A stretch of DNA of 64,000 nucleotides from a virus (taxonomy: Duplodnaviria > Caudoviricetes), in IMG/VR virus record IMGVR_UViG_2934156241_000002, positions 1 to 64,000 of that record; one strand, 5' to 3'. Positions 37,216 through 46,133 of the stretch are shown here, in pieces. The stretch's first letter is position 1, and every line of letters starts with the position of its first letter. Both the position numbers and the translations under genes were made by a program. The notes under the pieces were generated by a model. It ran no database searches and had not been told where the DNA came from. It saw only the letters and a program-made list of their open reading frames with translations.

Positions 37216-37956
37216 GACCTGGTGCAGGAGCGTTGACAATTCCTCCGGATGCTTCTCCCCGAGGAGGCGAAGCGCACGCAGGCGGACGTTCGGCTCGGCC
37301 GGCATCCGCCCGTTTCGCGCCTCGGCATACTGGATGGCGTACCGCAGGAAACTCTGCTCCGCTGTCACGCGGTCTCGGAACTTCTGCACCCGGCCGTCGT
37401 GTTCCTTTCGCTTCTCGTCAGGCGCGGCCGCCGGCAGGAACCGCCCCGGGTCCTCTGCCATTACCTGACAGATGGCGTCGGACCTGACCGCTACTCTCGG
37501 TGAACGAAACGCGAGGGCTTGCACGCGTCGCGGGACCGGTCCGGTAACCGGCGCGTTGAGGACGAACGCTGTCCATCGTCGGGTGAACGTCTCATCGTCG
37601 AGCGCTGCGAGATGCTTGGCCTCTTCGTAGGCCAGGTCTTCGACGACGTCCTGGTACGGGCCCATCGCTTCTTGCAGGCTGGCGCGGAACGGGGCGAGGC
37701 GGGCCGCCTGCTCTCGCTTGGTCTCGTTCTCCTGCCTGGGCAGGAAGCTGCGCACCGTCTTGATCGCGGTCTCCAGTGCGTCGAGTGTCCGCGGTGCCAT
37801 CTGCGGTGAGGCGAGTGCTGCGGCCTGGACGTCGACCGGGGCGCCGGTCCGATGGCCACCCATGACGTGGTGGACGACCACGTTGACGAACCCTTCGGGG
37901 GCCATGCTCGAAAGGCGTTTGAGCTCCGCCGCAATCTCGTCGTGCCCTGTGGCCAT
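37132..37956 (-). CDS. hypothetical helical protein with internal duplication
   Basis: GGAGG RBS; VQAAALASP and VQALAFRSP halves. Confidence 0.7.
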   Translation of the reverse strand: MATGHDEIAAELKRLSSMAPEGFVNVVVHHVMGGHRTGAPVDVQAAALASPQMAPRTLDALETAIKTVRSFLPRQENETKREQAARLAPFRASLQEAMGPYQDVVEDLAYEEAKHLAALDDETFTRRWTAFVLNAPVTGPVPRRVQALAFRSPRVAVRSDAICQVMAEDPGRFLPAAAPDEKRKEHDGRVQKFRDRVTAEQSFLRYAIQYAEARNGRMPAEPNVRLRALRLLGEKHPEELSTLLHQVRAELREGKKEARRDARAVRRAAGKGAP

Positions 37957-38282
37957 GCGGTGTGGTCCTCCGGTTCGGGTGGTGCCCGTTGCTCTCGGGC
38001 CTCGGTGGGCGTTGTACCTGCCGGGACAGGGAGAGGTGGCCGTACCGAGCCGAGCGACAGCGTGTGCCGGTTCATCGCAGGAGCAACCGCTCCCCGGCCC
38101 CGAGTGCTCTGCACGCACCCGGTGGTCTCGAAGGCACTTTGTCAGGCCCGCCCTGGGAAAGGGACACCTCGGTGTCATGCCCAAGGCCTGACGGCTTCCT
38201 CAACGCTTGTCGCGGCAGCGGTACGGCCACCTCGAGTGCCGATGGTACCCGCCGACCAGGGGAAGGACGGGCGTCACCATCG

Positions 38283-38606
38283 CTATCCGGCCTGCTGAGG
38301 CGCCTTCTTCGTCGTCAGGGCCTCGATCCACGGGGCGAGCTTGCTCGGCTTCCACAGGAGGTCGTAGCTCGTCTGGGAGGCCGCCAGCACGCCGACGACG
38401 GTCGCGGCCGTGAGCTGCCCATGCTGGAACTGGCTCCACCCGCCATCTGCGGCGACGGTGACAACGCCGGCGAGGAGTGCTGCCTCGACAGCGATGACCT
38501 TCTTGGCCTTCGCCGACCAGGCGGGCCGCTGCACGACCGCGGTCAGCAGCGGGAGGACGGCGCCGACCTGGCCGCCGATAGCGAGAGCGTTGAGCGTGGT
38601 GGTCAT
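38283..38606 (-). CDS. holin-like membrane protein
   Basis: 107 aa, 2-3 TM helices, PLLTAVVQRPAWS, basic C-terminus. Confidence 0.75.
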   Translation of the reverse strand: MTTTLNALAIGGQVGAVLPLLTAVVQRPAWSAKAKKVIAVEAALLAGVVTVAADGGWSQFQHGQLTAATVVGVLAASQTSYDLLWKPSKLAPWIEALTTKKAPQQAG

Positions 38607-38681
38607 AGGTTCTGCCCTTCATGCAAGGTTGCGTGTCGGGCGGACTGTGTGCGGCGTTGGCGTCTTGCGTCGCGTCCTTGC

Positions 38682-39095
38682 TCAGCCGCCCGGCCCGTCG
38701 TCGCTCAGGTCCTCGGCGATCTCCCGTGGCGGGGGCGGGGCAGGGCGCTCATGGAGCTTGACGACCAGGGCGCGGAGCTGGTGGATGTATTCGACCGCGG
38801 CCGCCTTCCACCGCCTCCACTGCCGCTGTTCCTCCTCCAGGCGCTCCACGCGGTTCTCCAGGGTGGTCACCCGCTCGAGCGTCTGAGCCTGCGCCGCGCG
38901 CTGTTGCTCCAGGAGCTGGGTGAAGCCCTGCGTCACGGTCTGGACGCTGCTCACGAAGGTCGCGGCCTCGGCGGTGCGCGTGTCCATCGTGGTCTTGTGT
39001 TTGCCCTGGCGGTATACCAGCCATCCCCCGCCCAGCACGCCCGTCATGCCGAAGAGGGGGGTGAGGACAGGCGCCAGAGAGGTGAGCCACTCCAT
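38682..39095 (-). CDS. TM + coiled-coil protein, lysis-cassette type
   Basis: N-terminal TM, heptad repeat, PAPPPP; adjacent to the holin. Confidence 0.65.
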   Translation of the reverse strand: MEWLTSLAPVLTPLFGMTGVLGGGWLVYRQGKHKTTMDTRTAEAATFVSSVQTVTQGFTQLLEQQRAAQAQTLERVTTLENRVERLEEEQRQWRRWKAAAVEYIHQLRALVVKLHERPAPPPPREIAEDLSDDGPGG

Positions 39096-39242
39096 GAGCG
39101 CCTCCTCGGGTCGACGGTTGTCAGGTGGGATGCGCGGGAGCCGGGACCCTCGAAAAAGGTCCGCGGCTCCCCGCAGCCCGAACGCTGCACGATGAGGCGT
39201 ACTAGCGTCCCGGCCTGACTACTGACCTGCGCCCGGCGCCGC

Positions 39243-39452
39243 CTACGACACGCTCGGCTGCGGGTCGGTCTTGAGGGCGGTCAGGATCTCTATGGGCTGA
39301 CCACAGCGGCCGTCCGTGACGTCAGGAGTCCCATCCAGATTCGAATAGACCTGGCCGCACCCCCAGATGCGCCCGTTGTTCCGGCACCCAGTGACGTGGC
39401 AGGTAACGGTCAGGTCGTAGAAGGTGTTCGGTTCGAAAGCGATGATGGCCAT
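39243..39452 (-). CDS. small Cys-rich tail-associated protein
   Basis: AAGGA RBS; VTCHVTGCRN...GRCGQP; follows the tail fibre. Confidence 0.6.
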   Translation of the reverse strand: MAIIAFEPNTFYDLTVTCHVTGCRNNGRIWGCGQVYSNLDGTPDVTDGRCGQPIEILTALKTDPQPSVS

Positions 39453-39466
39453 GAGAGTGGGTCCTT

Positions 39467-42400
39467 TCAGGAGGAAACAATCAGGAACCAGACCGAAGTC
39501 GCGGTGACATTGCCTCGGCTGATCCAGACGGTGAGACCGTCGTTGGTGACGTTGGTCACTGTGACCTCGTTGACAGTGCCGGGCACCTGACTGTTCGCGG
39601 TCACGAAAGCGCGGTGCACGCTTCCGGGTAGTGGGCCGAGTCCCGTCACAGTGAGGGACGTCGGGGTATTCGCGGCGGTCGGCGTGATGGTGACCGTGCC
39701 GGTGATGATGCAGTCCGTGTAGAACCGGCCGTGGATTGTCGTCTGGTCGGCTGCGATGTCCACCGACTGCACGCCGAAGGAGTCTTGAAGGGTCAGGCCG
39801 TACTCGATGGAGGTATCCACCTGCGGCCCGATGATCTGCATAGCCTGCGAATCGGGAGCCGTCGCAATACGTCCGGGTGCCTTCTCCGCTGAGGCGCCCG
39901 TATGCAGGTACAGATTGCCGTCTGATCCGAGCTTGATCCGGCGGCCCGACGCGGCAGTCTGCACGGTGGAACCGGTGATGGTCTTGCCGTTGATGGCGGT
40001 CGCGTCCAGCTTGTCCGCGGTGATCGCGCCGTCCGCGATCTGCACCTGGCCCAGCACGGGCTGAATGGTGCTGTTGTCGAACTGCACGGTGCCGGCGCTC
40101 GAGTCGTACGTCGCCAGGCGGATCTCGACCGTGACCGTGCCCGCCGGGGCGGTGACGACACCCGCGATGGTGGACCACGCCCCCTTCGTGGGGGTGGCGT
40201 TGGTGACGAACCCGAAGACCACCCCGCCCACCGAGTCGATCCATCGGGCGTAGATGCGGACGCTGTTGCCGTTCCAGTCGGTGGAGGGTTTCACGTCAGT
40301 GGCGAGGCGGAGCTGCTGGCCGGGCAGGATCGAGAACGTCGCAAGCTGCAGGGTGCGGATCACTGCAGTCGGGTTCACGGCGTTGACCTGAATGCTCTTG
40401 GCTGACCCGTTGCCGCTGTTCGCGATCGACCAATACGTCTGCCCGGCAACGAGCGCCGCGCCGCCCGATCCCTCGAACGAGGGGTCGGGCAACATGTTGT
40501 TGCCGCCGACGATCGCGAGCCGGTCCGCCGTGATGGCTCCCGCCTTGATGTGGGTGGCGTCGATCGAGCCGGCCGCGATCTGCGTGGCGGTGACCGAGTT
40601 CACGGCCATCTTGTCCGCCGTGATCGACAGCGCGGCCAGCTTGTCCGTGGTGATCGCCAATGACGCGATCTTCTCCGCGGTCACGGCCAGGGCGACGAGT
40701 TTGTCGGTCGTGACGGCCCCGGCAAGGATCTTCGGAGCGGTGATCGCGCCGTCAGCGATCTGGACCCCGGGGACCACAGGCCGGACGGCCGCATTGTCGA
40801 ACCAGACCTTGCCCGCTGTGCCATTCCCGGACTCGGCACGGATTCGGGCCTGGACCGCGGTGGCGGGAGCGGCGGCGGTGGTCGTCAGCCGGGTCCAGGC
40901 GCCGCGCACGGGGGTGGTCGTGGAGGCCTTGCCGTAGCCGAGGATCGTGCCGTCCGCGGTCTCCCAGCGAACTTGGAGGTTGATCTCGGCCCCGGCCCAG
41001 TCCGCGGAGGCGTAGTAGTCGATTGCCAGGTACACCTGGTCGCCGGCGGTGGCGGGGAAGAAGGTGAGCTCGACGGACCGGTAGGCGGGTGTCGTTGACA
41101 CGGCGCTGATCTGGAGAGAGGAAGCCGAGCCGTTCCCGAACGCCTTGTCCTGGGTGGCCCAGGCGAAGGGGGCGACGATCGCCGCGGTGTATGCGCCCTC
41201 GAAGCTGGGGTCGCTGAGGATGTTGCCGCTGCCGACGATGGTCAGCTTCTCGGCGGTGATGGCCCCGGCGGCGACGGCGACCGCGGTGACGGATGCGGCG
41301 GCGAGCTCGTTCACGCCGATTGCGTTCGCCGCGATCTCGCGTGCGGTGATCGCGTCTGCGGCGATCTTGGAGGCGGTCACCGCGTCCGCGGCCAGGTGGG
41401 CGGTCGCGACGGACCCGACGACGATGTTGGTGCCGTCGACTATGCCGGTCTTGAGGGCTTCTACGGTGACCGCGTCGACCTGCATCACGCCGGACCCCGA
41501 CGTCGAGCCGGCTCCGTAGTTGAGCCACACCAGCGGGGAGATGAAGCGGACCGCGCTGTGCAGGACTCCCGGGGCCCGCGGGTCGAGGCACACGCCGCCG
41601 GTGCCCTGCGCTCCCGGCGCGGCCAGTCCCTTGACGTAGCCGGTGTAGGTGACCCATCCGCCGCCGGCGGGCTGAGCGGCGGCCGAGGCCGCGCAGTAGT
41701 GCTGTGTGACGAAGTCGTTGGCGCCCGCCCGGTTGACCAGGGTTATCCCATCCGCGGCGATGCCGAGCACGCCTAGGTGCAGGGTGTCGGTGCCTGTGGT
41801 CGTTGCCGCGGTGGTCCGGACCCGCATTGACACCCGGTACAGGACGTCGGGGTCGTAGGCGATCTGCACGGCGCCGCGCAGCGCGGTGTGGCCGGTGGCC
41901 TGGCCGACGGTCTGCCCGGTCCGGGCGTCCAGGATGCCGGAGAGGTAGTCCCAGCGGGCGGTGGGGGCCTTGGTGAGGATCTGCCAGGCCGCTGGGTCGG
42001 CCATCGTGTCGACGTAGCGTTGGGCGGCCAGATCGCTGACGGCTCCACCGAGCGCGTTGAGCGTGACCGCGCCGGCGCCGATCTTGTCGAGGGTGACGGC
42101 GGCCTTGGCCAGCTTGTCGGCGAGCACCGCACCGTCGGCGAGTGCGGTGGTTCCGACGGCGCCCAGTGCGATCTTTGCCTGGGTGACGGCGGATTCGGCG
42201 AGTTTCTTCTCGTCGATGATTCCGTCGATGAGGTCCTGCGGTACGGCCTGGCGCGGCGTTCCGGCGGTGGCCGCGGAGGGCGGGCCTGTCATCGCCGCGG
42301 TGTTCGTCGCGACGAGGCGCGCCCACACCGTGGTGTAGCCCTCGACGGCGATGGTTGCTGAGCCGCCGTGGGGTGCGCTGATCGTGGCGGCGATCGTGGA

Positions 42401-42778
42401 CAGGTCAGGCAGGAAATCGGGGCCGGTGCGGCTGACGTGGATCTGGATGGTGGCGTAGTCGGCGGGGGTGACGTCGGAGTCGGCCCACAGGCCGTCCCAC
42501 GTGATGACGAGACCGGCCAGGGTCTCCTCAACGGCCGGAGGGGTCGGGGTGGGTGGCGGCGCGGAGTTGACCGCGACCAGGGCGACGGTGCCGTCGCCCT
42601 GAACCCCGAGCGAGGCCCGCAGGTTTCCGTCGTCGTCGTACACATCGAGGGACCCGGACTCGATGCTCGCGTTCGTCAGGGGATTGGAGCCCTCCAGGGC
42701 CGCGAGGCGCCGCTCCAGGCCCCGGAGGTACGACGCGAATGCCTTGCTCTGCTCGCGCTCGTCGAGCCGAAAGTCCAC
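39467..42778 (-). CDS. tail fibre / receptor-binding protein
   Basis: AITADKI-type repeats alternating with two N(I/M)L(S/P)DPSFEG CBM-like domains. Confidence 0.8.
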   Translation of the reverse strand: MDFRLDEREQSKAFASYLRGLERRLAALEGSNPLTNASIESGSLDVYDDDGNLRASLGVQGDGTVALVAVNSAPPPTPTPPAVEETLAGLVITWDGLWADSDVTPADYATIQIHVSRTGPDFLPDLSTIAATISAPHGGSATIAVEGYTTVWARLVATNTAAMTGPPSAATAGTPRQAVPQDLIDGIIDEKKLAESAVTQAKIALGAVGTTALADGAVLADKLAKAAVTLDKIGAGAVTLNALGGAVSDLAAQRYVDTMADPAAWQILTKAPTARWDYLSGILDARTGQTVGQATGHTALRGAVQIAYDPDVLYRVSMRVRTTAATTTGTDTLHLGVLGIAADGITLVNRAGANDFVTQHYCAASAAAQPAGGGWVTYTGYVKGLAAPGAQGTGGVCLDPRAPGVLHSAVRFISPLVWLNYGAGSTSGSGVMQVDAVTVEALKTGIVDGTNIVVGSVATAHLAADAVTASKIAADAITAREIAANAIGVNELAAASVTAVAVAAGAITAEKLTIVGSGNILSDPSFEGAYTAAIVAPFAWATQDKAFGNGSASSLQISAVSTTPAYRSVELTFFPATAGDQVYLAIDYYASADWAGAEINLQVRWETADGTILGYGKASTTTPVRGAWTRLTTTAAAPATAVQARIRAESGNGTAGKVWFDNAAVRPVVPGVQIADGAITAPKILAGAVTTDKLVALAVTAEKIASLAITTDKLAALSITADKMAVNSVTATQIAAGSIDATHIKAGAITADRLAIVGGNNMLPDPSFEGSGGAALVAGQTYWSIANSGNGSAKSIQVNAVNPTAVIRTLQLATFSILPGQQLRLATDVKPSTDWNGNSVRIYARWIDSVGGVVFGFVTNATPTKGAWSTIAGVVTAPAGTVTVEIRLATYDSSAGTVQFDNSTIQPVLGQVQIADGAITADKLDATAINGKTITGSTVQTAASGRRIKLGSDGNLYLHTGASAEKAPGRIATAPDSQAMQIIGPQVDTSIEYGLTLQDSFGVQSVDIAADQTTIHGRFYTDCIITGTVTITPTAANTPTSLTVTGLGPLPGSVHRAFVTANSQVPGTVNEVTVTNVTNDGLTVWISRGNVTATSVWFLIVSS

Positions 42779-42854
42779 GCTGTGCCCCCTGCCGCTCCTG
42801 TGGTGGTCAAGGGCGGCAGGGTGCGCGGTGGGCGGGGCTAGTGTCGCGGGCTGG

Positions 42855-44054
42855 TCAGCCGTAGAAGTCGGAGCGGGTGAGGCTGAGGACGGCGACGCCC
42901 TCGGCCGGATCGATCTCCTCGGCGATGATGCGGTGCCAGATGGCCATTTCGCCGATCCACGGCACCTCGACCTGGACGAGAATGCGGTCACCGAGCGCCC
43001 AGCTGCCGAGCCCGGCGTTGAGGTGCTGACGAATCGCGATGGACGGCACGACCAGCCGGGCGGAGTGCTTGGCCCGCTCCGTCTGCCCGTAGGACGTCAG
43101 TGTTTTGAGGTTCGCGGTGGACTTTCGGCTGATGACCCGGGCGCGGCGTAGGCGCTTGTCGTCGATGACGACTCGGGCCCGCGCTGTCTTCTGCCCGACC
43201 CCCTTACCCAGGACGTAGACCTGGTTGGCGTAGAAGTCGCCCGGCCCCTGTGGAGTGGCCTTCGCGATGATGTTCTCGCCCTCAGCGAAGCGGAGGTCGG
43301 TGCGGGCTCGGCCCAGGCGTTTGTTGCCCAGGTCGATGTGATGCAGCATCTTCTCCTTGGTGCCGTCCCACCGGTGGCTCTCGGTGTAGTCGGCCTTCGC
43401 CAGGTTCATCACGTCCGTGATCACGGCGCCGCAGTCAGGGTTCTCCCACCACAGCAGGTTCCACGGGTCCTCGCCGTTGCTCGCGCCGAGCAGGTAACCC
43501 GAATCGTGCTTGTCGATGGTGAGACCGAGTGAGCCGTGGTGATAGCTCTGGAGGTGACCCCAGATTTCGCGGACGACGTCGTATGCGTCCCATCTCGGGC
43601 TGATCTTGTCCTTCGGCCGCGGGGGCATCTTCCGCTTCGGGCTCGTCTTGTCGATGTACCCGTCGTGGTTCTTGTCCTTCCCGTCGTACGCCCACTTCTG
43701 CGGGATCTTGATCCCGGCCTGGATGGACCGGCCGAAGTACGGCATGCCGTTCGGGTAGGCGGTGTAGCCGGCGCATTCGACCTTCACCGACTGGCCCTCG
43801 TACGACAGATTCGTGACGATGCCGCCCCATCGGATCTTTCCGTTGAACTCGGCGAACAAGGACGTGCCCCACTCAGCGAAGAGCGGCAGGCCGTCCGGCT
43901 TGGCCATCAGTCGGGAGTACTCGGGATTGATCGTGCCCTGCATCAGTCCTGGCCCGTTCAGCTCGCGACGCGGGACGCCGGACGCAACGAATGGAACGTC
44001 CCAGTCCAGGAAGTCGCCGGTCGTGGTGCGCTGTGCGATGTACCGCCAGGACAT
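42855..44054 (-). CDS. minor tail (hub/Tal-like) protein
   Basis: WRYIAQRTTTGDFLDWD...RELNGPG...IRWGGIV; position in tail module. Confidence 0.7.
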   Translation of the reverse strand: MSWRYIAQRTTTGDFLDWDVPFVASGVPRRELNGPGLMQGTINPEYSRLMAKPDGLPLFAEWGTSLFAEFNGKIRWGGIVTNLSYEGQSVKVECAGYTAYPNGMPYFGRSIQAGIKIPQKWAYDGKDKNHDGYIDKTSPKRKMPPRPKDKISPRWDAYDVVREIWGHLQSYHHGSLGLTIDKHDSGYLLGASNGEDPWNLLWWENPDCGAVITDVMNLAKADYTESHRWDGTKEKMLHHIDLGNKRLGRARTDLRFAEGENIIAKATPQGPGDFYANQVYVLGKGVGQKTARARVVIDDKRLRRARVISRKSTANLKTLTSYGQTERAKHSARLVVPSIAIRQHLNAGLGSWALGDRILVQVEVPWIGEMAIWHRIIAEEIDPAEGVAVLSLTRSDFYG

Positions 44055-45016
44055 CAGGCCGCCACCGGTGCCTGCGAGAACGTGATCTCGGCGGACAGCG
44101 TGGTGCCGGTGTCCGCGCGGATCAGCCCAGTGGCCCCCACGCTGCCGATCCCCTCGATGCCCACGGGCATAACGGTGCCCCGGGCCTCGGGCGGGATCAG
44201 GAACGTGTGTCCGGCCTGAAGCGTCAGCCGGCCCGCTGCCTCGGCCAGGTACGGCATTCCCGGGCCCTGCTGGTCACCTGCGTACGCGCGCAGCTCTCCG
44301 CGGGCCAGCACGGCATCGGGGTGCGTAAGGCCGGTGGTCTGCGCGTGCACGGTGACGTGGGTGGCCCACTCCGGCACGGTCTGTTGCCACAGGGCGCCGA
44401 GCGGGTACTGCTCCCAGGCATCCGTGATCGGGCCGAGGTCATCGGCTGTGGGCCACGCTGCGTACAGATACTCGCGCCGGAACTCCGAGCGGGGCCGGGC
44501 CATCCGGCGCAGGTCAACGATCAGGCCGGCGGTCACTGAGGGCGTGGACGCGGGAAGGTCGATGCGGGCCAGAGTGATGGCGGTGGAGTCCGGCTCGATG
44601 TCCTGGACGCTCGTGGTGCCCGGTGGCACGTCCGGGATGACCCGGGTGAAGACATACGGGCCGATCGCCGGGTCCTCCGGCTCGGGCCATACCTCTCCGC
44701 CGTAAGGGTCCTCAATCCGGGCAACGATCAGGTCGCTGCGGGGCCCGTCCGCGGCGGTCGGCTCGATGTCCACCGATTCAGTGGTGGCCATGCGGGCGGC
44801 GTAGGACTGCGAGCCGCCCGCCCCCCGGCGTTTGGCGATCATCGCCCCAATGGACACCTGAACGCCCGCGCCGGGGAGTTCAAGCGCAGAGACCCGCAAG
44901 TCGGTGGGGCCGATGATGCCCTCACCGCCACCGGCCGCCGCGTCCACGATCAGCCGCAGCGTCTCCTCCGAGGCCGCGGTGCCCTCGACGAACCAGGGGA
45001 TTCCGTCCCATGCCAT
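44054..45016 (-). CDS. minor tail protein
   Basis: PRSDLIVARIEDP...ITLARIDLPA...IVDLR. Confidence 0.7.
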   Translation of the reverse strand: MAWDGIPWFVEGTAASEETLRLIVDAAAGGGEGIIGPTDLRVSALELPGAGVQVSIGAMIAKRRGAGGSQSYAARMATTESVDIEPTAADGPRSDLIVARIEDPYGGEVWPEPEDPAIGPYVFTRVIPDVPPGTTSVQDIEPDSTAITLARIDLPASTPSVTAGLIVDLRRMARPRSEFRREYLYAAWPTADDLGPITDAWEQYPLGALWQQTVPEWATHVTVHAQTTGLTHPDAVLARGELRAYAGDQQGPGMPYLAEAAGRLTLQAGHTFLIPPEARGTVMPVGIEGIGSVGATGLIRADTGTTLSAEITFSQAPVAA

Positions 45017-45080
45017 GTGTGCCTCCGAATCGGATCAGGTCCGCGGAGGCTGGCCTGCTGGTGGGCCTAGCGTCGCGGGC

Positions 45081-46133
45081 TCACCACCCCGCGAACGCAT
45101 CCCGCCAGATGATCTCGACGCGAGGTCCCTGCTTCTGCGCAGTTGTCGTGCGGGTGTAGTCGAGCCGGGCGTGCCACGTGCCGGGTGGAATCGTCATCTC
45201 GGCCAGGCGCGGGCTCGCCCGCGTCAGCTTGTGGGCAACGGACGAATAGCTCCCATTCGGCAGGTACTTCACCACGGTCCGCGCGAAGGAGCGGGCATCG
45301 ATGGTGACGTACTCCCCTGACTTCAGCGTCAGGGCGAGCTGGACAGCCCACCGGTCGGTCAGCGTGATCTTCGGGTTGGCGCACGGCCCATGGATTGTGA
45401 TGATCGGGTACGTGGACAACTGCCCCGCCTGCACGATGCTTGCCGTACGGCGTGAGTTGCCCGGGTCCCACGGCTCGATGGGGTGATGCGATATGACCCG
45501 GCCGGGCACCGGTCGCATGTACCGAAGGGGGTACTCCCACAGAGTGGCCGTCTTCTCCGTGACGTCCAGGAACTTGTCGTCGATTGCCACGAAGTCCGCG
45601 ACGACCGGCGTATACCCCTGGCTGGACAGTTCGCCGCCGCCCTCAGCGAACCTCCGGGGCCGGCCAAACAGGAACCGTGTCCGCCCGGCCTTTCGGTGGC
45701 GCAGCCACGCGACCCGGCCAGCCCCGGCCCGGACCGAGTCTGCCCGCCACACCTGGCGCATCATCGCGATCCCGTCGGCGTTCCAACTTGCCCGGTTGCC
45801 TGTGCGCTTGAGGAGCTCCAGGATATGCGGCTCGTCCGGCCAGTCACCGATCACCCGCCCCTTGATGATCTTGCGCGGATACGTGCGATCGGCGGGGGCG
45901 TTGACCGTGTCGATGCCGAGCTCCATCGTCACCGTGACGGAGCGCTGGTAGTCGAGCCCCAACCGCACCCCGTCCTCGCCGGGCAGTGGCTGGTCGCCGA
46001 CATCCGGGTCCGCGAACGCGATCGACGGTTCCTTCAGACAGTAGATGCCGGACCGGAACCGGCCGAAGGTGAGCCCCGCACCAGGCAGGTCGTCGCGTCC
46101 GCTGTATCCGAGGAACCAGTCGCCGTCCTTCAC
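45081..46133 (-). CDS. distal tail (Dit-like) protein
   Basis: Directly after the tape measure; YPIITIHGPCANPKI...IWRDAF. Confidence 0.7.
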   Translation of the reverse strand: MKDGDWFLGYSGRDDLPGAGLTFGRFRSGIYCLKEPSIAFADPDVGDQPLPGEDGVRLGLDYQRSVTVTMELGIDTVNAPADRTYPRKIIKGRVIGDWPDEPHILELLKRTGNRASWNADGIAMMRQVWRADSVRAGAGRVAWLRHRKAGRTRFLFGRPRRFAEGGGELSSQGYTPVVADFVAIDDKFLDVTEKTATLWEYPLRYMRPVPGRVISHHPIEPWDPGNSRRTASIVQAGQLSTYPIITIHGPCANPKITLTDRWAVQLALTLKSGEYVTIDARSFARTVVKYLPNGSYSSVAHKLTRASPRLAEMTIPPGTWHARLDYTRTTTAQKQGPRVEIIWRDAFAGW

